A DNA stretch of 64,000 nucleotides from an uncultured virus (IMG/VR IMGVR_UViG_3300025470_000023) (Duplodnaviria; Heunggongvirae; Uroviricota; Caudoviricetes). Location: IMG/VR virus record IMGVR_UViG_3300025470_000023. One strand, written 5' to 3'. The notes under the pieces were generated by a model that ran no database searches, was not told the origin of the DNA, and was given only the letters and a program-made list of their open reading frames with translations. Position 1 is the first letter of the stretch; each line of letters starts with the position of its first letter. The translations under genes and the position numbers were made by a program. Positions 1 to 8,876 of this stretch are shown here, one piece after another.

Positions 1-178
1 TATCCCACCATTCGGATGCAGGGCGCACCCACACGTTGTCTATTGAGCCACGCTCACGGTAGACAATCACCACCTCTCCGGTTGCTTCCATCTTGGCAAT
101 CTCAAGAACTTGATAGACCTTCCCGCTATGGTGTCGATAAAAGCCATCGGGTTTGGGGAGGATGTTTGTTTTACTCAT
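1..178 (-). CDS. DUF1653-like small phage protein (3' end beyond window)
   Basis: Manual translation MSKTNILPKPDGFYRHHSGKVYQVLEIAKMEATGEVVIVYRE...VWVRPASEW shows the YRH-G-Y-V...VVY...WVRP pattern. Confidence 0.6.
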   Translation of the reverse strand, partial: MSKTNILPKPDGFYRHHSGKVYQVLEIAKMEATGEVVIVYRERGSIDNVWVRPASEWWD

Positions 179-282
179 AACAGCACCTGCTTCACTATCC
201 AAACCAAAAAAATACACACCAATCCAGTAAGAAAGAAAAATACAAGGATGCCCAAAGCAATTTTTATATCTTCCTTATTCAT
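175..282 (-). CDS. small membrane peptide (35 aa)
   Basis: MNKEDIKIALGILVFFFLTGLVCIFLVWIVKQVLL; overlaps the neighbouring start and stop codons. Confidence 0.45.
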   Translation of the reverse strand: MNKEDIKIALGILVFFFLTGLVCIFLVWIVKQVLL

Positions 283-617
283 TCCATCCCCCTGCCAATC
301 TCAGCGGCTGCTCTTACGACGGCTCTACGGGTTGCGGCGTAGGGGTCGTCTCCATAGCCTTCATGTACCGGATAGGGCGGCTCATTTATGTATTGCGGTT
401 CGGCCCAGACGCGCTTCTTCACGTCATTAAAGTTCACATCAATTTCTAACTTCACCGCAAGGCGCAGAGCGTCAGAATCAGAGTTCAAAGGGTTCCACCC
501 TTGCGTATCACCGGGAATCTTATAGTAGTAATAGATACTCCCGTCTTTCATTTCCTCAAACAAAAGTTCAATCCCCGCCGCTTTCGCCGCGAGTTCTAGG
601 AGTGCTTTGTCAGTCAT
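279..617 (-). CDS. hypothetical phage protein
   Basis: ORF from ATG 617 (MTDKALLELAAKAAG...WNPL...DALRLAVKL...ATRRAVVRAAAEIG), a common phage pattern; GGAG RBS. Confidence 0.65.
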   Translation of the reverse strand: MTDKALLELAAKAAGIELLFEEMKDGSIYYYYKIPGDTQGWNPLNSDSDALRLAVKLEIDVNFNDVKKRVWAEPQYINEPPYPVHEGYGDDPYAATRRAVVRAAAEIGRGME

Positions 618-819
618 TGTCCTTCTCCCGTTCAGCGAGCATGGCATCTGCCACCTTGTATGCAACCGACGCTCTATCCGCGTGTGCATAGGCGTACTGC
701 AGTAATCCCTGCATCGCCTTGGCCGCGAACCAGTCGCGGAGGGACATACCCGGCACATGCAAGGAGTCATCTACTATTGAAGACGGAAACGCCGGGCCTC
801 CATTGTTCTTACTCATCAC
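610..819 (-). CDS. conserved small phage protein
   Basis: GGPAFP...GMSLRDWFAAKAMQG...AYKVADAMLAER. Confidence 0.7.
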   Translation of the reverse strand: MMSKNNGGPAFPSSIVDDSLHVPGMSLRDWFAAKAMQGLLQYAYAHADRASVAYKVADAMLAEREKDND

Positions 820-1238
820 GGTGCTCCTAATATGTAAAAGTCATCAATCACATTCCTCAACTTCATCCCTGTCCACAGCCTCCACTCGTCCTTGGTCGAG
901 CCATCGAGAGCCACTTCGAGTCCTTCGAGAATACGATCCCTGTCCTGTGCGCGATAGCCCTGCTCTATGAGATACGTCACCTCCTCGGTGATAATCTGAA
1001 TGTCCTCGTCCCTGAAGGGACGCCCCTTGAATTTATTCTTGTCCACCAATTCTTCCTCCGGTGCTGACCACAACTTGCCTGTGCGTATGCCTGAGATCAG
1101 GCCAGACGAGAGCCCATAAACCGTAGCGATTTCCTTACCCGAATGCCCACAGCGAAGCAGGTGTCGAATGATCTGCACTGCCTCCATCGTCAGCTTGGAC
1201 TGCCCGTTGTTCTCGCCGGGGTTTATGGACTTACTCAT
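816..1238 (-). CDS. HTH DNA-binding protein (N-terminus like the C-terminal HTH of HNH endonucleases)
   Basis: GENNGQSKLTMEAVQIIR...IATVYGLSSGLISGIRTGKLW; GGAGGAG RBS. Confidence 0.55.
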   Translation of the reverse strand: MSKSINPGENNGQSKLTMEAVQIIRHLLRCGHSGKEIATVYGLSSGLISGIRTGKLWSAPEEELVDKNKFKGRPFRDEDIQIITEEVTYLIEQGYRAQDRDRILEGLEVALDGSTKDEWRLWTGMKLRNVIDDFYILGAP

Positions 1239-1534
1239 CACTCCTCCCATGTAACCTGCACTACCTTACATTTCTCCGGCGCATGACACGCCCACCCTGC
1301 CGCATCGTCCTGATAATCAAAGAGCCTAGACCTAGACTCGTCCGGGTACACCACCATCCATGCGTGTTTCTTCGCCGGCTTAGGCTCGAGCCTCTCGATC
1401 AGGGCTTTCATCCCGTGGTAATCCGTAAGATCCCCTCCATGTTCGATCTCATAGGTATATCCCTGCTCTGCGGTAAAGCGCAGGGCGGTCAGCGCAAGGT
1501 ATGCTTCCACAGCGTTCAATTCATAGGTCTTCAT
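1238..1534 (-). CDS. hypothetical protein
   Basis: 98-aa ORF tightly packed in the minus-strand operon. Confidence 0.55.
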   Translation of the reverse strand: MKTYELNAVEAYLALTALRFTAEQGYTYEIEHGGDLTDYHGMKALIERLEPKPAKKHAWMVVYPDESRSRLFDYQDDAAGWACHAPEKCKVVQVTWEE

Positions 1535-1535
1535 C

Positions 1536-1754
1536 TCACTTCCCCTTGTATTGGTATTCCAAACACATTGCGCCTAACCCGGCGGGGCGTGACAGCGTGC
1601 ACTCCCATTTACTATCGAGGGTCACAGAGGGCGGAGCGGTTACGCACAGCAAAAGACCTACGCCACCGCTGAACATCAGCGCCCACAGCGGCCACGTTTC
1701 ACGAACAAACTCACCAAACAAAGCAATCTTCTTCATCGTTTTCTCCATGCACAT
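1536..1754 (-). CDS. hypothetical membrane protein
   Basis: 72-aa ORF with a hydrophobic segment. Confidence 0.45.
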   Translation of the reverse strand: MCMEKTMKKIALFGEFVRETWPLWALMFSGGVGLLLCVTAPPSVTLDSKWECTLSRPAGLGAMCLEYQYKGK

Positions 1755-1844
1755 AAGGTGTGCAGACCTAGTTAGGGGGCGGGGATACTCCTATCAGCCA
1801 TTGGTTAAAATGGTTGCCCGCCCGAACATATTTGAACACATCTA

Positions 1845-2075
1845 TTAATGAACGTAAATAGCCTGACCTCTTTGAGCCAAGTGCATGGCGATATCTATCG
1901 CATCGTCCACCTCCTGTGGGCTGTAGCATCTCGTTGCTGAATACTGTGTCTCTACCAACATGAACTCAACCTCACCGTCTTCACCCATCTCAGGGCGAAC
2001 AGAGGCCATACCATCCAGTACGAACTTCCACCTAAGAGCCATCTTGTTCTGCACGTAGCTTTCTCCTGTGCTCAC
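1845..2075 (-). CDS. hypothetical protein
   Basis: 76-aa ORF in operon context. Confidence 0.5.
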   Translation of the reverse strand: MSTGESYVQNKMALRWKFVLDGMASVRPEMGEDGEVEFMLVETQYSATRCYSPQEVDDAIDIAMHLAQRGQAIYVH

Positions 2076-2421
2076 TAGGCACGGCTGTCTTTATCTCAAG
2101 GTAGTATATGCCCGGAGCATAGAAGAATCCTACGTCATCAAGCTCAGACCCCGGCGGGAGTAGGTGAAGCAGAGACATAGACTCTGTGGCCCACTCAGGT
2201 AACTCTTCCTCGGTCACATAGTAGACCTCGTTGTCTGAGAGATCGTGCACAAGATACGCACTCTCACCCTGCCTATACTCCACACGTATTCGTGCCTTGA
2301 TGCTTTGCTTCTTCCGCGCCATCGCCATGCTGAACGCATTGATCTCAGGTACAGCTAAACCCCAAGTCATTTGCATCGTCAGCTTGGTCATCGCATCGGC
2401 CATCGGGTCACTCTTCTTCAC
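2032..2421 (-). CDS. hypothetical early protein
   Basis: 129-aa ORF; LPEW..E.MSLLHLL...DDVG motif shared with its neighbour. Confidence 0.55.
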   Translation of the reverse strand: MKKSDPMADAMTKLTMQMTWGLAVPEINAFSMAMARKKQSIKARIRVEYRQGESAYLVHDLSDNEVYYVTEEELPEWATESMSLLHLLPPGSELDDVGFFYAPGIYYLEIKTAVPSEHRRKLRAEQDGS

Positions 2422-3019
2422 AGTCCATCTCCATAAAGTACATCCTGTCTCCGGTATGCCCAGTACGCGCGCTACCTATCCCTTCGAGGTACACATCATC
2501 AGGCAGGAGCAGAAGCATGGCTAACTTGTCCTTCTCTTTGTTGGTCATGCGGTCCATGAACACAGGGTTGGGCCACTGATTACGCACGTGCTTCATCCAT
2601 CCCTCGGCTTTCTCTAGCAGTACATAGTCACCATTGACCCAAGCACACTTATCCCATTGCGGTACCTTACTCCACTTAACTCGGCGTAGGTTGATCGTCT
2701 CTCGGCCTGTTTCATCCTGCCCGGCGCGTTTTATCGCACCATCAATGACATAGACAATCGAACCCTCTGCGCCCTTCTTGGACGCATACTTGTAGGGAAC
2801 CTTGTACCCCACACCATCGACGTATTTATTCATAGGCGTGGTCGGGTCCATGAGGATGCGTAGCCTACGCTCATTCTCCTTGTTGAGTTGATCTACAAAG
2901 CACGGCTGACTGTAGTTGGCATAGATGCCCATCATGACGGGGCTATCCGCACAGACCTCCTTCAGCCTCGCGTAGTTGTAGTACATCTTGTAACGAACGG
3001 TTTCTCTCATTGCGTACAT
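2408..3019 (-). CDS. hypothetical early protein
   Basis: 203-aa ORF abutting the VWA gene. Confidence 0.6.
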   Translation of the reverse strand: MYAMRETVRYKMYYNYARLKEVCADSPVMMGIYANYSQPCFVDQLNKENERRLRILMDPTTPMNKYVDGVGYKVPYKYASKKGAEGSIVYVIDGAIKRAGQDETGRETINLRRVKWSKVPQWDKCAWVNGDYVLLEKAEGWMKHVRNQWPNPVFMDRMTNKEKDKLAMLLLLPDDVYLEGIGSARTGHTGDRMYFMEMDCEEE

Positions 3020-3020
3020 A

Positions 3021-4178
3021 TCAAACCTCCAAACGAATAGTTACGCCGATCGGGGAACGCTGATCGGTAGTTATCGCCCACAGTGAGGGCGCACAGGATG
3101 TAGTCGGGAAGGGCGTATACCCATCCGTAAGAACAAGGATTGCCTCGGGGCGCAGGTTCTTCTCCACGATGTAGTCAAACGCCACGCGCATATCCGTACC
3201 ACCACCGCCCTTGAGATCACGCGCATCGCGCAGAGTATGGTAGTTGGACTCATCGAAGATACGATGCCCTTGAATATCTGCGTCACAGTCGATGACATGA
3301 ATCAGGGAAGGCTTGACCGTCTCAACCAACGCGACAAGCTCGCTGAAGAAGATGGAAGCCAGTAGGTCATCGACAGAACCAGACGTATCACGAATCACAG
3401 CCAAGCAACCCATCGACTCGCTGATCGAAGATGGCAGATAGATATCGTGCTGTAGCCACCGCCGATTGGGACGCCGCCATGTGCTGTCATCCTTACCACA
3501 ACTAAGCTCGGTCATGAACTCACTAAGCTGATCACGCCAATTAACCTTGGGCTCAAGCAAGTCCTTGATAGACTTGGATACATCACCACCCTGCTTACCC
3601 GCAAGGATCTGACCCTGACGAATGGCCTGCTCTACCTCCTTACGTATTGCATCCTTCTCTTCCTCAGTCAGGTCATCGAAGTCATGCTCATCGAACTCAT
3701 CACCCGCACCGCCCCCACCGCCACCATCCTGCTCATCCTTGAGGATGTTAAACACCTCCTGCGTATTCATACCTCGGAACCGCTCATCGAGTAGCGCCCC
3801 CTCGGGCAGAGTGATGAAGTCCTTGTACTTGGCAGACAGGTCAGCGATCTCTAGGTTAATCACATAGTCAGCAGACTGATTAGCCAGTCGCTTGTCCTCA
3901 TCCCACAGATGCTTCCACAACCAGTGATGCTGATAGACCTTGTGCAGATTCTCATGGAGGATGAGGCCATGCAGATCAGAGGTAGACAACTTATCCACGA
4001 ACTCAGCGCCATACCATGTATCTCTACCATTGGTGCAAGCAGTACGTACTGTCTCGCTGATCTCGGTCTTGCCTACCATGAACACACCAGAGTAGAGCAT
4101 GGTCGCTTGGTGTCCCATCATCTGTACGTGTGCTTTCTCTATACGTTGCTTGGGGGTCAGGTTATTCATTGTTGTCAC
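3021..4178 (-). CDS. DUF2201-like metallopeptidase + VWA domain protein
   Basis: HENLH (HExxH), acidic/Gly linker, MIDAS DTSGS, GGGGTD, LTDG motifs. Confidence 0.85.
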   Translation of the reverse strand: MTTMNNLTPKQRIEKAHVQMMGHQATMLYSGVFMVGKTEISETVRTACTNGRDTWYGAEFVDKLSTSDLHGLILHENLHKVYQHHWLWKHLWDEDKRLANQSADYVINLEIADLSAKYKDFITLPEGALLDERFRGMNTQEVFNILKDEQDGGGGGGAGDEFDEHDFDDLTEEEKDAIRKEVEQAIRQGQILAGKQGGDVSKSIKDLLEPKVNWRDQLSEFMTELSCGKDDSTWRRPNRRWLQHDIYLPSSISESMGCLAVIRDTSGSVDDLLASIFFSELVALVETVKPSLIHVIDCDADIQGHRIFDESNYHTLRDARDLKGGGGTDMRVAFDYIVEKNLRPEAILVLTDGYTPFPTTSCAPSLWAITTDQRSPIGVTIRLEV

Positions 4179-4494
4179 TCCTCATTGCCATAAACTCTTG
4201 GGGTGTAAGAAAGGTGTTGCCCTCTGAGTGGCGCACCGCTTGCTCCCATTCTTCTATCTGCTTTGCCGTCATGCCTGTGCAGTCATAGGCAGGGTACTCA
4301 GTCACACATACGTCGGGCACACCGTAGTCCTTTACATACTTGATGTTCGGCTCGTCTGGTCGGTACGCATCACCGAAACCAACTGCATACCTAGCAAATA
4401 TCTCCTGCACCTTATGTGCCTGCTCAAGAGGAAGGATCACATTGCCTCCCCACCCTATGTTGACCCTACCGTAAATCTCTTTAGGCTTGCTCAT
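4162..4494 (-). CDS. hypothetical protein
   Basis: 110-aa ORF with AGGAG RBS between the AAA and VWA genes. Confidence 0.6.
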   Translation of the reverse strand: MSKPKEIYGRVNIGWGGNVILPLEQAHKVQEIFARYAVGFGDAYRPDEPNIKYVKDYGVPDVCVTEYPAYDCTGMTAKQIEEWEQAVRHSEGNTFLTPQEFMAMRSDNNE

Positions 4495-4529
4495 TGCTAT
4501 CTCCTATGGGGCGGTCACCCGCCCCGTTG

Positions 4530-4549
4530 AACTTCATACGTATGAAGTT
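4530..4549. repeat. 20-bp palindrome copy 1 (AACTTCATACGTATGAAGTT)
   Basis: Exact; overlaps the stop codon of the AAA gene. Confidence 0.95.
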
Positions 4550-5630
4550 ACTTGGTGAACAGATACATATTATTTTTTGCCCACGCGGTGAAGTCAGCGA
4601 AGGTAGCCGCGAGTGCCATCTTCTCACCACGCATAATGGTCTTGGCGAATAGCGCCTGCACTTCCTTGGGCAGACGCTTGCAGTAGGTCATCCATGCACC
4701 GAACGTCTCACGATCCACACGCATACACGCCTTGGATACGATCATGCAGTTAGCCACAGCAGAGGACGATACCTTGGTAGCGTCAGGGTCACGGATGATC
4801 TGATCCCACGTAGGCAACTCCTCATCCAACTTGACGATGGTCATCATGTCCAACGCCGCCGCCTCACCAATCGCACCCGCCAAAGCATGAAGGCGAACAT
4901 CATCAGGCAGATGCTTGGTCGCACGGTATACCTTGCTCGCACTCTCCATAGAACGATGCGTAACGACAGCCGTACGTGGGCACCGCGGGTCATTGATATA
5001 TCGGTTGCTCGCAGGATCTTCGACCTCCTTGAAGGACTGGAACATCTGCGGGAACTCGATCACCGTACCAATCACCACAGGCTCAAGCTGATGAGCAATA
5101 GCGTAGTCCTCGACCCACTCCATAGCAGTCGGCTTACGAATCTCACACTGCACCATACGATTGCGAGCATGGGCAGGGATCACATCACCCAGACCTTCGA
5201 TGGATAGGTTGGTCGTAGCGAATACGATTGAACCCTCGGGGAACAGATACCCACCCAATGCACGTTCAAGGATAGGACGCAGTGACGCATTGAGTACCGC
5301 TCGCATCGCCTTGCCTAACTCATCGAACATACAGATGACAGGCTTATCCAGATGCACACCGAACTCCTCGTTGGGTACGAACCGGCACACCTCGACACCA
5401 TCAACCGTCATGATCTTGGGAATCAGGAAGTCACCTACGTCCTTGATGGTCATGTCCACGTAGCAGTAGTGGTACTTGTCCCCGAACTTCTTCTTGAGTG
5501 ACTTGAGCATGGATGACTTACCGATACCCATCTCACCCGAGAACAGATAGGTCACAAGATGCCCAGAGGACGCGAGCAACTCGGTTGCATCGGCAAGAGA
5601 TACAGATGAATACGCCTTAGAAACTTTCAT
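4548..5630 (-). CDS. MoxR-like AAA+ ATPase
   Basis: Walker A GEMGIGKS, Walker B CMFDE, ATTN sensor, ARNR arginine finger; linked to the VWA gene. Confidence 0.85.
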   Translation of the reverse strand: MKVSKAYSSVSLADATELLASSGHLVTYLFSGEMGIGKSSMLKSLKKKFGDKYHYCYVDMTIKDVGDFLIPKIMTVDGVEVCRFVPNEEFGVHLDKPVICMFDELGKAMRAVLNASLRPILERALGGYLFPEGSIVFATTNLSIEGLGDVIPAHARNRMVQCEIRKPTAMEWVEDYAIAHQLEPVVIGTVIEFPQMFQSFKEVEDPASNRYINDPRCPRTAVVTHRSMESASKVYRATKHLPDDVRLHALAGAIGEAAALDMMTIVKLDEELPTWDQIIRDPDATKVSSSAVANCMIVSKACMRVDRETFGAWMTYCKRLPKEVQALFAKTIMRGEKMALAATFADFTAWAKNNMYLFTK

Positions 5631-5656
5631 GATTACACTCCTAAAAATAATTACAA

Positions 5657-6541
5657 TTAGAACTCGAACTTGCTGAGGAGATCGTCGATCTCCTGCTTCA
5701 CTGACAGTCGTGCGCTGTCATTCTTCTTCAGGTCAGTCAGGTCCATACCATTCAACGTAGAGTAAAGTTCCCTACGCATCTGCTCCATCTTGGGATCACC
5801 CGTCAGGTTCAGATCCTTCATCATCGCGCAGAGATCGAGCGCAGTATCAAGTGTGGACTGATACATCTTGCCCTTCTCATCCTTGGACACACGCAGTTGG
5901 TTACTCAAAGTCTCGGTTATCTTCTTAACTCGCTCCCATAGTGATGACATAGCTTCACTAACTGCCTTGTTAGCCTCACGCTCGAACTGCTCCTGTAGAA
6001 ACTGCAACCCCTGATTGCCAACGTCAACCCGGAAGTCACCTGTCTGCGGGACAGGGTGATAGCTATACTCGAAGTAGAACTTACGGCGCACCTCATCGAC
6101 AGTCGGGTACTCATTCACATCGAACATGGAGTTCAGTCGGAACTGCGCTATCTGCCTAGCCTGTGCATACTCGATCAGCACCAACTCAACCATGTCATAG
6201 AAATGCTTCTGCCTATCCTGCATCTCCTGATCGAAACCATTCCATAACTTCTCGGTAGACAGCACGTTCACACCATCGAACGTCCACGGTACAGTCTCAC
6301 GCTTGCACCAATTCCTACTATCCGCACCGAACTTATTGATCGCCTCCAACTCCTTGAAGTCAGGCATGATGTTCTTGTTGTATGCACCCACGTTACCCTG
6401 AGCACCCGCATCATTCTTAACCTTCTCGGTCTGTTGCTTGTCCTTACGTCTTGTGTTCCAGATACCGATCTTCAGATTCACAAGGACTGCACTGCTGTGC
6501 AGGGTCGGGGCAACAGAAACTAAATTAACAACAGCGTTCAT
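5657..6541 (-). CDS. hypothetical alpha-helical protein (DUF3150-like)
   Basis: 294-aa ORF with AGGAG RBS; YPTVDEVRRKF motif; position next to AAA/VWA genes. Confidence 0.6.
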   Translation of the reverse strand: MNAVVNLVSVAPTLHSSAVLVNLKIGIWNTRRKDKQQTEKVKNDAGAQGNVGAYNKNIMPDFKELEAINKFGADSRNWCKRETVPWTFDGVNVLSTEKLWNGFDQEMQDRQKHFYDMVELVLIEYAQARQIAQFRLNSMFDVNEYPTVDEVRRKFYFEYSYHPVPQTGDFRVDVGNQGLQFLQEQFEREANKAVSEAMSSLWERVKKITETLSNQLRVSKDEKGKMYQSTLDTALDLCAMMKDLNLTGDPKMEQMRRELYSTLNGMDLTDLKKNDSARLSVKQEIDDLLSKFEF

Positions 6542-6570
6542 GATTCACTCCTAAACGAAAGGTCGAAAAG

Positions 6571-6590
6571 AACTTCATACGTATGAAGTT
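6571..6590. repeat. 20-bp palindrome copy 2
   Basis: Exact; about 37 bp downstream of the -10 box of the 6628-6656 promoter. Confidence 0.95.
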
Positions 6591-6627
6591 GGAACTAAGC
6601 GGATACAGTCCGCCAACTGTGGAATAC

Positions 6628-6656
6628 ATTATACACTACTTGACACAGCTTGTCAA
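6628..6656 (-). promoter_or_regulatory. consensus sigma70 promoter
   Basis: TTGACA (6656-6651), 17-bp spacer, TATAAT (6633-6628). Confidence 0.9.
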
Positions 6657-6800
6657 GCCCTACAGAAATCATAAATAGTGGTAGCGCCTGATCGGAGATA
6701 TAAGACGGGTGCAACGCACCGATGACCATCGCTACCTGCCAAGGTTATTATGCAAGGGGCCACTCATGGCTTACGCCCCGGAGGTCTACACCTCCCACCG

Positions 6801-7052
6801 TTAATCGAATTCTATCAGCGCAATGAGTGGGTACGCTTCTTTGATCTTCCTCTTGACTGCACGAGGGGCACACCCTGCGGGTATATATGCCACGCTATAG
6901 GGGGAACGTACGTGATGATCCAGATACCACTTGTCCGTATGAAAGTACGTTGCTACATAGAGTCGGCCTGATCCATTGCCTATGTATACGTGCATCCGGT
7001 TCATACCCTTCGATGTTTCCTTCTCTAAATTTATGACGACCCACTCTCGCAT
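6801..7052 (-). CDS. hypothetical early protein
   Basis: 83 aa, GGAGAG RBS. Confidence 0.55.
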   Translation of the reverse strand: MREWVVINLEKETSKGMNRMHVYIGNGSGRLYVATYFHTDKWYLDHHVRSPYSVAYIPAGCAPRAVKRKIKEAYPLIALIEFD

Positions 7053-7060
7053 ATCTCCTC

Positions 7061-7378
7061 CTAACTCAGCATTATTGTCAGCAGAGGGATCTGTCTATCT
7101 ATCTCCTCTACGAAGTCGGGTTCGATCTCTCGCATATACGTTAGGTTCGACGTACCATCACCCTCGTATGTAGTCCACGCCATCGCTTCACCATTAGGCC
7201 AATACACAGCCACATGGACGGGCACTCTAATATCTCGCTTGATACCATTCCCTGTGACGGAGCACCGCACTCCGTCACTCACTCGCGTTATGGTTACTCG
7301 GCTCAGTCGCACAAACTCGTGATCTTCGCTCCCATACTCAAACGAAAACTTCTCACCACCATCGGGGTTGTGCACCAT
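7061..7378 (-). CDS. hypothetical early protein
   Basis: 105 aa, GGGAG RBS. Confidence 0.5.
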   Translation of the reverse strand: MVHNPDGGEKFSFEYGSEDHEFVRLSRVTITRVSDGVRCSVTGNGIKRDIRVPVHVAVYWPNGEAMAWTTYEGDGTSNLTYMREIEPDFVEEIDRQIPLLTIMLS

Positions 7379-7420
7379 ACTCCCACCTCGCGAACGATTT
7401 ACTCTTGGTTGGTTTCTTGG

Positions 7421-7789
7421 TCATTGGTCATTCTCCTTCAGACGCACAAACCTACGCTCTACTTTTTCTACTGTGAATGTGTACGTGGAATACCACAGAT
7501 CCAGTTCGCCTCGCTTCCACTTCTCGATATCCCATTTGTCAGCTACGTAACTATGGGCAGTCTCTAGCACACTGATATCCACGCGCCCATCTTCCTCGCA
7601 GGCATCGAGTTCGATCTCATAGTCATCGTCGACACCCACGAAAGAGCGCAACATATCAAGCAGATCAGGGATAGTCTCAGCGCCCCACCTCTCGTTACCC
7701 GCAAAACTGACGTATCCACCATCGGGGTCGCACCCAGTCTCGTAGTGATCCTGTTCACCGAACTTATGCCAACCGTTTACTTCGTACAT
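7421..7789 (-). CDS. hypothetical acidic early protein
   Basis: 122 aa, AGGAG RBS. Confidence 0.6.
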   Translation of the reverse strand: MYEVNGWHKFGEQDHYETGCDPDGGYVSFAGNERWGAETIPDLLDMLRSFVGVDDDYEIELDACEEDGRVDISVLETAHSYVADKWDIEKWKRGELDLWYSTYTFTVEKVERRFVRLKENDQ

Positions 7790-7826
7790 TGCTTATCTCC
7801 TGTTGAGGGCGGGGCGAGGCCCCGCC

Positions 7827-7846
7827 AAGTTCATACGTATGAAGTT
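7827..7846. repeat. 20-bp palindrome copy 3 (1 mismatch)
   Basis: AAGTTCATACGTATGAAGTT; overlaps the stop codon of the 7845..8114 gene. Confidence 0.9.
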
Positions 7847-8114
7847 ACCCACGAGTCCACAGTGGTTCGTACTCACACACATGGTAAAAGTCCTTGAGAT
7901 CATTCGCCGTAGCGAACCCACACAACTCGTCGCGTGACCACATCGTCACGTGATTACTCGTAGTCCTGCTATACGTAGCAGTGGTACGCACCGCTCCCAC
8001 TCCCGGCATGAACGCACCCACAGGGGTAGCGTAAGAGAAGAATATCCGCGCACCATTCTCATAAGTACGCTCATGGCAGTTCTTCGCGCCGAACTTTTTA
8101 GTCGTGTATTTCAT
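7845..8114 (-). CDS. hypothetical early protein
   Basis: 89 aa with FSYATPVG...YSRTTSNH phage motif; AGGAG RBS. Confidence 0.65.
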   Translation of the reverse strand: MKYTTKKFGAKNCHERTYENGARIFFSYATPVGAFMPGVGAVRTTATYSRTTSNHVTMWSRDELCGFATANDLKDFYHVCEYEPLWTRG

Positions 8115-8154
8115 TGCAATCTCCTAAAACAACTCGGTAACGCCGAGCGTCGTG

Positions 8155-8174
8155 AACTTCATACGTATGAAGTT
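8155..8174. repeat. 20-bp palindrome copy 4
   Basis: Exact; about 35 bp downstream of the -10 box of the 8210-8238 promoter. Confidence 0.95.
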
Positions 8175-8209
8175 CGGAAGCGAGTGGGATTTCTCCAACT
8201 CAGGCTACC

Positions 8210-8238
8210 ATTATACACACATATACATGGCTTGTCAA
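8210..8238 (-). promoter_or_regulatory. consensus sigma70 promoter
   Basis: TTGACA-17-TATAAT; same GTAGGGCTTGACAAGC context as the 6628 promoter. Confidence 0.9.
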
Positions 8239-8346
8239 GCCCTACGGACTTTGGAGTTCCCGCGTAAATAGGGTGTTTTTGGGGCCTACCCTGCGTTTGA
8301 TGGGCACTTCGCCCCCATAAGGGGCGAAGCCAGTAGAGCCACCCAC

Positions 8347-8366
8347 AACTTCATACGTATGAAGTT
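8347..8366. repeat. 20-bp palindrome copy 5
   Basis: Exact; 1 nt after the stop codon of 8368..8643. Confidence 0.95.
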
Positions 8367-8367
8367 C

Positions 8368-8643
8368 CTACTCGTCACCCCATCCTTCGCCTTGAAGGGC
8401 AATCAGGAGTGTGGGTTTCATTTCTTCTACCCAGTTCCGCACAGGACGGGGCAAGTTGTCTTGGTTTATGAGCGAATGTTCGTTCCGGTTATGCACCTCG
8501 AACACAGGTGGTGTTATCTTCACTCGCCCTCTGATTGTCAGACTGAAGGATAGCTTGAATATCCTCCCCGCATGGGTTAGTTCCACAAGGATGTATTGGC
8601 TATCCCCGAAGGAGTACATCTGCAGAACAGTGACCTCATCCAT
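8368..8643 (-). CDS. hypothetical early protein
   Basis: 91 aa, GGAGG RBS. Confidence 0.55.
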   Translation of the reverse strand: MDEVTVLQMYSFGDSQYILVELTHAGRIFKLSFSLTIRGRVKITPPVFEVHNRNEHSLINQDNLPRPVRNWVEEMKPTLLIALQGEGWGDE

Positions 8644-8875
8644 GCTGAAGCCTCCAATCCTCGTATGTAGCGTTGATGACAGCTAGGCAGGTGATTTCCT
8701 GATTAGCGAAGGTTGGTGAGCGTAGCGCCGCTTGTGGTTTATAGTGATAGACGTATGCACCCTCTAGTCGTTGGAAGTGTGTAACAAAGAAACCAATCGC
8801 TTTCCTGTGCTCTAGCTTTAGCTTGTCCATAAAAGATAAAACGTCATCCGCGCTTTTGAATATGAGAGCATCCAT
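8636..8875 (-). CDS. hypothetical early protein
   Basis: 79 aa, operon packing. Confidence 0.5.
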   Translation of the reverse strand: MDALIFKSADDVLSFMDKLKLEHRKAIGFFVTHFQRLEGAYVYHYKPQAALRSPTFANQEITCLAVINATYEDWRLQHG

Positions 8876-8876
8876 C

